Below, in pieces: positions 1-7,963 of a stretch of 32,000 bases of DNA (the stretch's first letter is position 1; every line of letters starts with the position of its first letter). This stretch comes from Caedibacter taeniospiralis (GTDB lineage: Bacteria > Pseudomonadota > Gammaproteobacteria > Francisellales > Francisellaceae). The stretch spans positions 30,059 to 62,058 of the forward strand of contig NZ_PGGB02000005.1 in the NCBI RefSeq assembly GCF_002803295.2. The letters are read 5' to 3'. Below the pieces are notes generated by a model. The model saw only the letters and a list, made by a program, of their open reading frames with translations. It was not told the DNA's origin and searched no databases. The position numbers and the translations under genes are program-made.

Positions 1-2002
1 TAAGACCTTGAAGAACGGGTCCAATGCTTAAAACATCGGCACTTCTTTGCACCGCTTTATAAGTTGTGTTTCCTGTGTTTAAATCAGGGAAAATGAGGAC
101 AGTTGCTTTACCCGCCACGGAACTACCAGGGGCTTTTTTTCTGGCAACCGATAATGTGGTTGCGGCATCGTATTGCAGTGGTCCATCAATCATAAGTTCA
201 GGCTTGTTTTGTCTGACGAGTGCTGTTGCCGATTTCACTTTATCAACATCGACGCCATGACCTGAGTCGCCTGTGCTATAGCTGATCATGGCAATTTTGG
301 GTTCAATACCGAAAGCTTTGGCAGACTTCGCACTTTGTATGGCAATTTCAGCTAATTGCTCGGCATTTGGATCTGGGTTCACCGCGCAATCACCATAAAC
401 AAGCACCTGATCCTCAAGACACATGAAAAAGACAGAGGAGACGATGGAACATTCGGGTCTCGTTTTAATGATTTTAAGCGCGGGAGAAAGGGTGTGTGCT
501 GTGGTGTTAAGTGCACCTGCCACAAGCCCATCGACGTCATTCATTTGCAACATCATGGTCCCAAGCGTGATATTATCTTCAAGTGCATCAGTGGCCATCA
601 TCTCAGTCATCCCTTTATGCTTACGAATCTCTACCAGCGGCTTAATATATTGGCTTTTAACATCCTCAGGATCAATAATGCTAAGACCATCAGGAATGCT
701 CAAACCATGTTTTTGTGCGATCTCTAGAACCTGATTGCGCTTGGCCAGTAAGATACATTCAGCAATATTGCGCCTGGTGCAGAAAATCGCTGCCTCGATG
801 GTTCGAGGTTCTAAACCTTCAGGCAAAACAATACGTTTCTTCACTTCCATGGCACGCTTAATCAAATAATGGCGAAACGCAGGCGGTGACATTTTTTTAT
901 GCACGGGCATTTTTGTCAGTCTGGCTTCTATTTTATGGATATCAATACATTCAGCGATTGATGATTTTAATAAGTTAAGGCGAGTAATATCGTCTTTGGG
1001 GATGCTGCTGTAGTCAATATCAGCAAGTTTTAGAATGGTGCTCATGCTTTTATTTTCGGTAGTAAAAATGGGCAATGCCATCTGTTTGGCAGCATCCATG
1101 CAGAAATCAATAAGGCGTTCATTTGCCAGAGAATAAGCGGTTAAGATGAGTCCTCCAACTTTAATGCCTTTTTTGGCGGCAAGGGTTGCGCCTAAAATAA
1201 TATCACTGCGATCAGCTGCAGTAATAATCAAGGTCCCTGCTTGAAATTCATCGGCAACGTGATCAATCGTTCTTGAGCACATGGTGACCACTTTTATGCG
1301 TCGACTACGGTCAAAGTCTGGATAAAGTGGCTTAAGATTAAGTCTGTCAGCAACATCGACAATGCGGGGATAGGTTAGCTCATTTTGCCAGTGGGTAACG
1401 CCTAATAAGGATAATTGTTTTGTTTGAAACAAGGATAAGCTGGCAATATCCTCAATCGAAATATGGGGTGCCTGCTCATGTAAAGTTTCATCCAAAAGAC
1501 TAAAGCGGTTATTGCCATTGGTATCAAGGGGCGCGTTGATTTTGGTAATAATGGTCCCAAGCAGCACATCTTGTGGGATCTGCTGCTGATGCAGCTTAAG
1601 CTGAATTTCGAGATCTTTGAGATTCTTATAGCCCTGGCGGGCAATTAAAATAACATTGGCATTAAACGTGTGAATAAGCGTTTTATTAAAGAGATTGATG
1701 TAGGCATTTGACCAGTCAAAAGCATTATGGTTGTGCTCTTTGATAAAGATGCCGTCAATAAGGGTGATGTCAGCGCTTTGGCTAAGTCGATCATAAATGG
1801 TTAATAGATGTTCAAAAAAGTCTTTGACTTTGTTTTGGCGAAAATATTGTTCCATCTCAGCAGCAGGAAGTTCGGCATCAAACAAAGGATTAAATAGTTT
1901 GACGGTATAACCCTGCTGTTCCAGTGCATACTTTAGACCCTGTTTTAAAGAAAACAGCCCAACTCCCTGCCCTGTGGGCAGTAAAACAATTGGTAGACTC
2001 AT
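1..2002 (-). CDS. pta: Phosphate acetyltransferase (Pta); the C-terminal end (about 40 aa) is cut off by the window edge
   Basis: Absent from the ORF track because it runs off the window. The reverse-strand ATG at 2002 (SD AAGGAG 5 nt upstream) reads MSLPIVLLPTGQGVGLFSLKQGLKYALEQQGYTV. The reverse strand at the window start reads APGSSVAGKATVLIFPDLNTGNTTYKAVQRSADVLSIGPVLQGL, the conserved Pta catalytic-domain block. Both ends are in the same frame (667 codons). It lies downstream of ackA on the same strand. Confidence 0.9.
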   Translation of the reverse strand, partial: MSLPIVLLPTGQGVGLFSLKQGLKYALEQQGYTVKLFNPLFDAELPAAEMEQYFRQNKVKDFFEHLLTIYDRLSQSADITLIDGIFIKEHNHNAFDWSNAYINLFNKTLIHTFNANVILIARQGYKNLKDLEIQLKLHQQQIPQDVLLGTIITKINAPLDTNGNNRFSLLDETLHEQAPHISIEDIASLSLFQTKQLSLLGVTHWQNELTYPRIVDVADRLNLKPLYPDFDRSRRIKVVTMCSRTIDHVADEFQAGTLIITAADRSDIILGATLAAKKGIKVGGLILTAYSLANERLIDFCMDAAKQMALPIFTTENKSMSTILKLADIDYSSIPKDDITRLNLLKSSIAECIDIHKIEARLTKMPVHKKMSPPAFRHYLIKRAMEVKKRIVLPEGLEPRTIEAAIFCTRRNIAECILLAKRNQVLEIAQKHGLSIPDGLSIIDPEDVKSQYIKPLVEIRKHKGMTEMMATDALEDNITLGTMMLQMNDVDGLVAGALNTTAHTLSPALKIIKTRPECSIVSSVFFMCLEDQVLVYGDCAVNPDPNAEQLAEIAIQSAKSAKAFGIEPKIAMISYSTGDSGHGVDVDKVKSATALVRQNKPELMIDGPLQYDAATTLSVARKKAPGSSVAGKATVLIFPDLNTGNTTYKAVQRSADVLSIGPVLQGL

Positions 2003-2020
2003 ATGGACTCCTTGTTTACC

Positions 2021-2214
2021 TGAGTTAGATACTTTTGCTGAACTACCCCGCCTCGCAGACCTGACCACTTTAAAGTGGTCAGGCAGGCTCGGCACCCCTT
2101 CACAAGTAAAGGGGAATTTTCGATAGCTTGTTGCTAGATTCCCCTTCGTTAGCGAAGGGGTGGACGCGAAGCGGACGGGGTAGTCTTAAAATCAGCAAAA
2201 GTACGTAACTCCAG
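2021..2214 (+). repeat. MITE-like modular repeat, copy A (short form, End-1 to End-2 orientation), between ackA and pta
   Basis: The terminal inverted repeats are tgagttagatACTTTTGCTGaACTACCCCGcc on the left and ggaCGGGGTAGTcttaaaatCAGCAAAAGTacgtaactccag on the right. Internal hairpins are GACCTGACCAC-N5-GTGGTCAGGC, CCCCTTCAC..AAGGGG and CCCCTTCGTTAGCGAAGGGG. The same architecture recurs at five other sites. Confidence 0.85.
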
Positions 2215-3390
2215 TTATTTATTTAATAATTCATGGCAGCTTTGAGCGATCATCAGCTCCTCATCAGTTGGTAGAACCATAATGCGTTTGCTGCCTGGTT
2301 TGTGAATTTCGATATACTGCTTTGCATTACTATTACGCGTATCATCGATCATAAAGCTGAGAGCTTCAAGCTTATCAATCACTTTCTGGCGCACCATAGC
2401 GCTATGTTCACCGATGCCTGCGGTAAATATCAGTCCATCAAAATGTGCAAAGTACATCATATAACTTGCGATATACTGGGCAATACGATGGCTAAATATC
2501 TCCAGAGCTAAAATGGCTTTGGCATTATTCTGGCTGATGGCGTGTTCAATATCACGCATATCACTTAAGCCGCATATTCCCAAAAGACCGCTTTGTTTGT
2601 TTAATAGCTGATTGATTTGGTCAATGTCCATATCTATGGTTTGTTTAAGATAGCCAAAAACGCCAGGGTCAATAGCACCAGAGCGCGTGCCCATAACCAG
2701 GCCGTCAAGCGGGGTAAACCCCATGCTGGTGTCAATGCTTTTGCCCTCTTTAATTGCAGTGATACTGCAGCCATTGCCCAAATGAGCACAGATGAAATTA
2801 CCCTGAGCAAGTCTAAGATAATGTGCTGCAGTTTGTGCTATGTACTGGTGACTAATGCCATGAAAGCCGTATTTTCTAAGCTTAAGCTCCTCATAAAGGT
2901 TTTGCGGAATAGCATAGCGGTATATGTGCTCAGGTATGCTTTGATGAAAAGCCGTATCAAATACGGCAACCTGTTGGATATTACCAAAATGCTGATTACA
3001 AAATTCAATTCCCTGAAGATTGGCAGGGTTATGTAAAGGTGCCAGTGGAATCAGGGCGCGAATCTTATCAAGAACATCCTGATCAATCATTACAGCTTTA
3101 TTGAAATAGTGCCCTCCATGAACCACGCGGTGACCAATGCAGCTGATACATTCAAGAAACTGGTGTTCCTTTAGTGTTGCAATAATCAGTAGAAAGGCAG
3201 ATTGATAACTTAATTTCACATGAGCCTGCTGTTGTTTGGCATTGATCTTAAAAGAAAAATTGCCACCAGACTGGTTAATTTTATCCGCTATGCCAGATAA
3301 AGTGGCTGTGGTTTTCCCACGTTCGAATACAGCGAACTTAATTGATGAACTGCCACAGTTAAAAACCAGATAATATGTGCCACAAGCCAT
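2215..3390 (-). CDS. ackA: Acetate kinase
   Basis: The ORF track gives 2215..3468, which is a TTG-extended call. The first ATG at 3390 gives MACGTYYLVFNCGSSSIKFAVF, the acetate-kinase N-terminal signature. Further blocks are GFHGISHQY, AHLGNGCS and FTAGIGE. It lies directly upstream of pta. Confidence 0.93.
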   Translation of the reverse strand: MACGTYYLVFNCGSSSIKFAVFERGKTTATLSGIADKINQSGGNFSFKINAKQQQAHVKLSYQSAFLLIIATLKEHQFLECISCIGHRVVHGGHYFNKAVMIDQDVLDKIRALIPLAPLHNPANLQGIEFCNQHFGNIQQVAVFDTAFHQSIPEHIYRYAIPQNLYEELKLRKYGFHGISHQYIAQTAAHYLRLAQGNFICAHLGNGCSITAIKEGKSIDTSMGFTPLDGLVMGTRSGAIDPGVFGYLKQTIDMDIDQINQLLNKQSGLLGICGLSDMRDIEHAISQNNAKAILALEIFSHRIAQYIASYMMYFAHFDGLIFTAGIGEHSAMVRQKVIDKLEALSFMIDDTRNSNAKQYIEIHKPGSKRIMVLPTDEELMIAQSCHELLNK

Positions 3391-3577
3391 GAAAGACAAA
3401 AACTCAAAACGGATACGGGCTGTCAATATAGCGCTGGAATTAGTCGTTTGGAAAGTCAAAGTGAACAAAAACTTGAGCTATGTCATAAAGTACAAAAATA
3501 AAGCTGCTTCATATTAGCTTCTTATAATGGGCAGTGGTACGCTTATCAGCATAAAGCAGCCTGGGCATCGATTTAAA

Positions 3578-3934
3578 ATGCACGAATTTTCGTTATGTCA
3601 GCGTGTTATTGGCATTGTGTTAAACAAAGTACGAGAAATGGATCAGGATGCAAAAAAGCTTAGCGCCATTACGCTCTGCATTGGGCAATTGGCAGGTGTT
3701 GATGTCGAATCGATGCAGTTTTGGTTTCCTGTGGCAGCAAAAAACACCTCTCTTTCTGGCGTAGGCTTAAAAATACTGATTGAGTCTGCGCGTGCGCGCT
3801 GTGTGACGTGTAATAACGAGTATGAAGTGGCGCAGTTTTATGCGGCATGCCCACAGTGCCAAAGCTACGAAAAAGATATAATCTGTGGTCAGGAAATGTT
3901 GGTTGATCATATTGAATTTGAAATGAAAAAATAA
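3578..3934 (+). CDS. hypA: Hydrogenase nickel-incorporation protein HypA
   Basis: The ATG at 3578 gives MHEFSLCQ, the canonical HypA MHE Ni-binding N-terminus. Two CxxC pairs (CVTCNNEY...CPQCQS) form the Zn site. The product is 118 aa. The ORF-track start at 3527 is an upstream extension. Confidence 0.9.
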   Translation: MHEFSLCQRVIGIVLNKVREMDQDAKKLSAITLCIGQLAGVDVESMQFWFPVAAKNTSLSGVGLKILIESARARCVTCNNEYEVAQFYAACPQCQSYEKDIICGQEMLVDHIEFEMKK

Positions 3935-3950
3935 TCGGTTAAAGGAGTGA

Positions 3951-4035
3951 GTAGGGTGGATAAGCGTAGCGCATCCACGCGGGGAGGCAGATTGGCTGCG
4001 TGTTGGTGGATGCGCGTTTGGCTTATCCACCCTAC
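3951..4035. repeat. Inverted pair of REP elements (BIME-like) in the hypA-hypB spacer
   Basis: GTAGGGTGGATAAGCGTAGCGCATCCAC (3951-3978) faces its inverted copy GTGGATGCGCGTTTGGCTTATCCACCCTAC (4006-4035). Each unit is a GTAG head followed by an imperfect palindrome (GGTGGAT..ATCCAC). Confidence 0.75.
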
Positions 4036-4101
4036 TACTAAAAAGAGATGGGCGAAGACATTGTGACTGCCTGAGTTTGAAGTGAAGTAATAGGAGTAAA
4101 T

Positions 4102-4845
4102 ATGTGTACCACATGTGGTTGCCAGGCTGATATGCTCCATAAGCACGATCAGCACTATCATCATCACCACACACATGAGCATGAAGTTAATCGTGTGAAG
4201 TTAGAAGAAGCTATTTTAGCGACGAATGATCAATATGCTAAAGCCAATCGTGAATATCTTAAACGCAGGAATGCGATCGCGTTTAACTTTGTTTCAAGTC
4301 CTGGTTCAGGTAAAACTTCGTTATTGGAGAAAACAATCGCCAGGCTTAAAGGCGAATATCCCATTGTGGTAGTCGAGGGAGATCAACAGACCGAGATTGA
4401 TGCAGCGCGCATTCGTAAGGCGGGGGCTCACGCTTATCAGATCAACACAGGCAAAGCATGTCACCTGGATGCGCATATGGTCGGTCATGCGTATGAACAC
4501 TTACAGATCCACAATGATAGCCTCGTCTTTATTGAAAACGTCGGTAACCTGATATGTCCTGCGATGTTTGATTTAGGGGAGAAGCATCGTGTTGCTATGA
4601 TTTCAGTCACTGAAGGGGATGACAAGCCGTTGAAATATCCAGACATGTTTTATCACGCCGATACCGTTGTGATCAATAAAGTTGATCTTTTGCCCTATGT
4701 TGACTTTGATGTCGCGCGTTGTATCAATAACCTGCGTAAAATTCGCTCGGACATCCGCATTTTTACGCTGTCGGTGAAAACTGAAGAAGGTTTAGGTGAC
4801 TGGTGTGCGTGGCTAAAATCGCTTTTAGCAGCAAAAGCACAATAA
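4102..4845 (+). CDS. hypB: Hydrogenase maturation GTPase/nickel metallochaperone HypB
   Basis: N-terminal MCTTCGC (CxxCGC Ni site), His-rich run HKHDQHYHHHHTHEHE, P-loop SSPGSGKTSLL and the NKVDL motif. SD GGAG lies upstream. Confidence 0.93.
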   Translation: MCTTCGCQADMLHKHDQHYHHHHTHEHEVNRVKLEEAILATNDQYAKANREYLKRRNAIAFNFVSSPGSGKTSLLEKTIARLKGEYPIVVVEGDQQTEIDAARIRKAGAHAYQINTGKACHLDAHMVGHAYEHLQIHNDSLVFIENVGNLICPAMFDLGEKHRVAMISVTEGDDKPLKYPDMFYHADTVVINKVDLLPYVDFDVARCINNLRKIRSDIRIFTLSVKTEEGLGDWCAWLKSLLAAKAQ

Positions 4846-5107
4846 CTAAGTGGAGTTATGTACTTTTGCTGATTTTTAAGACTACCCCGTCAGCCTCACG
4901 CGCAGAGCTTGTGGCGTTCAAAGCTGAAGAAGCAAAACTGTTTACTTCTTTCGGGCGCTTTTCACCCCCTTCGCTAACGAAGGGGAATCTGACGACAAGC
5001 TATCGAAAATTCCCCTTCACTGGTGAAGGGGTGCCGAGTCTGCCTGACCACTCTGGAGTGGTCAGGTTTGCGAGGCGGGGTAGTGCAGCAAAAGCATCGA
5101 ATTCCAG
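4846..5107 (-). repeat. MITE-like modular repeat, copy C (long form with the extra about 85-nt module M)
   Basis: The left end is ctaagtggagttatgtACTTTTGCTGatttttaagACTACCCCGtcagc. The right end is gcgaggCGGGGTAGTgCAGCAAAAGcatcgaattccag. It contains module M (cagcctcacgcgcagagcttgtggcgttcaaagctgaagaagcaaaactgttt...) plus hairpins H3, H2 and H1. It starts immediately after the hypB TAA. Confidence 0.85.
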
Positions 5108-5120
5108 TGATTAAATTTGT

Positions 5121-5184
5121 CACCCCTTCTAAAAGAAGAGCGCGAAAGACTACACAAAGGAACGTTCTTCTTTTAGAAGGGGTG
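5121..5184. repeat. Perfect 19-bp inverted repeat (long hairpin) just upstream of hypF
   Basis: CACCCCTTCTAAAAGAAGA (5121-5139) and TCTTCTTTTAGAAGGGGTG (5166-5184) are exact reverse complements separated by a 26-nt loop. The stem shares the CACCCCTTC core with the H2/H3 hairpins of the MITE-like family. Confidence 0.8.
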
Positions 5185-5210
5185 GCACAACTTCAGCAAG
5201 CTTAGGTGAT

Positions 5211-7544
5211 ATGATGCAAAGCGCAGTAAAAATCATAGTAACTGGGATAGTCCAAGGTGTGGGCTTTAGACCATTTATCTATCGTTTGGCAGCACAGTTT
5301 CATTTATCAGGAAGCGTACAAAACACGCCTTTGGGTGCTGAGATTATTCTATTTTCAAGCCCTGAAATAGCCAGGGATTTTATTGATGTGATGTGTGGTC
5401 AATTGCCGCCATTGGCTAAAATTAAATCATTGGCATGGGTTGAAGTTAAGTGCTTATCCAGTGATCAAACATTCAAAATTCTTCCGAGTGTCCCTGGAGA
5501 AAGTGCAACTGAAATTCCTGCGGATACAGCAATTTGTGTGGCATGTATCGCAGAGATATTTTCGCCAGATAGTCGTTATTATCTTTATCCTTTTACAAGC
5601 TGCACCTCTTGCGGTCCACGTTTTAGCGTGATTACATCCTTACCCTATGACAGGGACGCCACGACGTTTGTCGATTTTCCCTTGTGTGATGCCTGTTTAG
5701 CGGTTTATCAGAATCCTCTGAATCGACGCTATCATGCGCAAACGACCGTGTGTGAAAAGTGTGGTCCAGTTTTCTCAAATACTTTTAAAGCGATGTTACA
5801 GGTTTTACAAAATGGAAAAGTCTTGGCACTTAAAAGCCATAATGGTTTTAGACTCATTGTGAACGCTAAGAATAAAGCGGCAGTTGGGTTATTGCGTGAG
5901 CGTAAAAAAAGACCATATAAACCCTTTGCACTCATGGCATTGAATAGTGCGAGCATTAAGCAATATGTGGAGCTTAATGCCAAAGAAGAAGCGCTTTTAA
6001 ATACAAATGCGCGTCCCATTGTGCTTTTGAACAAAAAACAAAACCATTTACTGCCCGATGCCGTAGCCCCTGGCTTAAACGAGCTTGGATTGATGTTGCC
6101 CGCAACCGGGCTTGATTATTTGCTCTTTTATTACTTGTTAAACGAACCAAAAGGCTTAGATTGGCTGGAAGCTCCTAATGATTGGCTTCTTGTGGTGACC
6201 AGTGCCAATTTTTCAGGAGGCAGCATTATTGCAGATAATGAACAAGCCAGGGAAAAACTCCATAACATCGCCGATTTAATCGTCACCGATAACCGAAAAA
6301 TTGCCATGCAAAGCGATGATAGTGTGATGCGCGTGGTGGCGGGTAAAGAAATGATGATTCGCCGATCTCGTGGTTTTGCACCCCTGTCCATCGAGCTTCC
6401 AGAGCCATTGCCAAATGTATTGGCGACAGGCGCTTTGCTTAAAAACACGTTTTGTTTTATCGGGAATAAAAAAGCCTATTTATCGCAATATATAGGGGAT
6501 ATGGATAGTGCTGAGAGTATCGCGTATTTCAACAAGGCGTTTGTCCATTATCAACGTTTATTTGGGGTGAGCTTTGATGCCCTTGCGTGTGATTTTCACC
6601 CTGATTTATACACCACGCATTTTGCCGAGGACTTTCAATTGCCGCTTTATCAAATCCAGCATCATGAAGCGCATGCTGGAGCAGTTATTGCTGAGCATAA
6701 CTTAAAGGGCGAGGCTTTAGCGCTTATCCTTGATGGTTTTGGTTTAGGTGAAGATGGTGTGGCTCGAGGGGGCGAACTCTATTATTGCGATATGGATCGA
6801 TTGGATTTTGTCCGTTGTGGTGAGCTTGTGCCAATGTGGTATCTGGGTGGAGACAGGGTTCAAAAAGAGCCTTGGAGAATGGCACTTGCCTTGTGTGTAC
6901 AGTTGAAATTGCCTGTGCCTCTGTATCTACTTAAAGATAAACATGCAAAAGATTTATTGACTTTATTGCGTAAGAATCAGGCTGAGATTCCAGTCACAAC
7001 CAGTATGGGGCGTTTGTTTGATGCAGTTTCAAGTCTTATTAATGTTTGTCATTACAATAGCTATGAAGCTGAGGCTGCCATGAAGTTTGAAGCTTTAGCC
7101 AAAGATCCGCAATGCGATGAAAGCCTGTTTGACATTAACAATGGGCAATTAGACTTATCAGCACTGATAGCCTGTATTATCGCGATGCCAGCAAACAGGG
7201 CGAGTGACCTGTTTCATGGAACGCTAGCGTATGCCTTAGCTTTTTGGGTCAATCATGTTGCAAAAGAAAAAGACGTAAAGAAGATTATCTTAAGTGGTGG
7301 CTGTTTTCAAAATAAGATTTTATTAACATGGATACTGAAGTATTTGGCAGCATTTGGTTTAGAAAGTTTTATCCCAGAGCAAATCCCTGCTAATGATGGA
7401 GGTATTAGTTTTGGGCAAGCGTGGATTGCTGCCAGGAAGCTGGAGCTACACACTTTTGCTGTACTACCCCGCCTCGCAGACCTGACCACTCCAGAGTGGT
7501 CAGGCAGGCTCGGCACCCCTTCACAAGTGAAGGGGAATGTTTGA
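5211..7544 (+). CDS. hypF: Carbamoyltransferase HypF (hydrogenase maturation)
   Basis: Acylphosphatase-like N-terminus (VTGIVQGVGFRPFIYRLA). Two Zn-finger pairs (CVAC..CTSCGPRF and CDAC..CEKCGPVF). YrdC-like middle region. Kae1-like C-terminal region ending PANDGGISFGQAWIAA. The last 34 codons and the stop lie inside repeat copy D. Confidence 0.92.
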   Translation: MMQSAVKIIVTGIVQGVGFRPFIYRLAAQFHLSGSVQNTPLGAEIILFSSPEIARDFIDVMCGQLPPLAKIKSLAWVEVKCLSSDQTFKILPSVPGESATEIPADTAICVACIAEIFSPDSRYYLYPFTSCTSCGPRFSVITSLPYDRDATTFVDFPLCDACLAVYQNPLNRRYHAQTTVCEKCGPVFSNTFKAMLQVLQNGKVLALKSHNGFRLIVNAKNKAAVGLLRERKKRPYKPFALMALNSASIKQYVELNAKEEALLNTNARPIVLLNKKQNHLLPDAVAPGLNELGLMLPATGLDYLLFYYLLNEPKGLDWLEAPNDWLLVVTSANFSGGSIIADNEQAREKLHNIADLIVTDNRKIAMQSDDSVMRVVAGKEMMIRRSRGFAPLSIELPEPLPNVLATGALLKNTFCFIGNKKAYLSQYIGDMDSAESIAYFNKAFVHYQRLFGVSFDALACDFHPDLYTTHFAEDFQLPLYQIQHHEAHAGAVIAEHNLKGEALALILDGFGLGEDGVARGGELYYCDMDRLDFVRCGELVPMWYLGGDRVQKEPWRMALALCVQLKLPVPLYLLKDKHAKDLLTLLRKNQAEIPVTTSMGRLFDAVSSLINVCHYNSYEAEAAMKFEALAKDPQCDESLFDINNGQLDLSALIACIIAMPANRASDLFHGTLAYALAFWVNHVAKEKDVKKIILSGGCFQNKILLTWILKYLAAFGLESFIPEQIPANDGGISFGQAWIAARKLELHTFAVLPRLADLTTPEWSGRLGTPSQVKGNV

Positions 7545-7717
7545 AAAGTATATCCCCTAATTCCCCTTCGTTAGCCAAGGGGGCGAAAAGCGCCTTAAAG
7601 GAAGCAAACAGTTTTGCTTCCTTAGCTTTGAGCGCTGTAAGCTCCGCGCGCAGCTGGAGGACAATGCGAAGCGGACGGGGTAGTCTTTAAAATCAGCAAA
7701 AGTTCAATTACAAACAG
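7440..7717 (+). repeat. MITE-like modular repeat, copy D (long form), overlapping the hypF 3' end
   Basis: The left end is ctggagctacacACTTTTGCTGtACTACCCCGcctcgcag, followed by H1, H2, H3 and a diverged module M. The right end is gcggaCGGGGTAGTctttaaaatCAGCAAAAGTtcaatt, and its outer part is degenerate. Confidence 0.85.
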
Positions 7718-7729
7718 AGGAATAAAAGC

Positions 7730-7963
7730 ATGTGTTTAGCTATTCCAGCGCAGATTATAGCGTTTAATGAGGGCAAGCAAGCGCTTGTTAATATAGGTGG
7801 AGTGCGTAAAGAGATTTCACTGGCGCTATTAAAAGAAGACGTGAATATCGACGATTATGTCATCGTTCATGTCGGTTTTGCCTTAAGTAAACTAGATGAA
7901 GCAAAGGCAAGGCAAACCTTGGCAGATTTTGCAACCATGCTGCAAGCTAAGGAGGAAAAATGA
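7730..7963 (+). CDS. hypC: Hydrogenase assembly chaperone HypC/HupF
   Basis: MCLAIPAQI N-terminus (essential Cys2), 77 aa. SD GAGGA lies upstream. Its stop overlaps the hypD start (ATGA). Confidence 0.92.
   Translation: MCLAIPAQIIAFNEGKQALVNIGGVRKEISLALLKEDVNIDDYVIVHVGFALSKLDEAKARQTLADFATMLQAKEEK

Noticed and set aside
66-3036. Numerous 60-140 aa ORFs on either strand within pta and ackA (for example 356..727, 423..734, 1402..1644, 2302..2511 and 2617..3036), and similar ones inside hypF, hypD, hypE, the hyd genes, dnaB, rdgC and others.
   Set aside because: All are nested in or antisense to long ORFs with clear family motifs. They lack SD sequences and recognisable motifs, so they are shadow ORFs.
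3391-3577. Divergent ackA/hypA control region, searched for FNR (TTGAT-N4-ATCAA) or NikR-type operators. It contains a TATAAT at 3523-3528.
   Set aside because: I found no convincing FNR or NikR palindrome. The TATAAT has no acceptable -35 at 16-18 nt. The support is not strong enough to annotate a site.
5183-5198. Sigma-54-like motif TGGCACaacttcaGCA (GG/GC spacing correct) upstream of hypF.
   Set aside because: The GC element ends about 13 nt before the hypF ATG, so the predicted start site would fall on or after the SD (AGGTGA, 5203-5208). The TT of TTGC is missing, and the TGGCAC is part of the hairpin arm. It is probably fortuitous.
4803-5205. ORF-track entries 4803..5114 and 5023..5205 (and likewise 7307..7516 minus and 7421..7690 plus), which run through the repeats.
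   Set aside because: They lie entirely within repeat copies C and D. They have no SD, have low-complexity translations dictated by the hairpin modules, and differ between copies by indels. They are not protein-coding.
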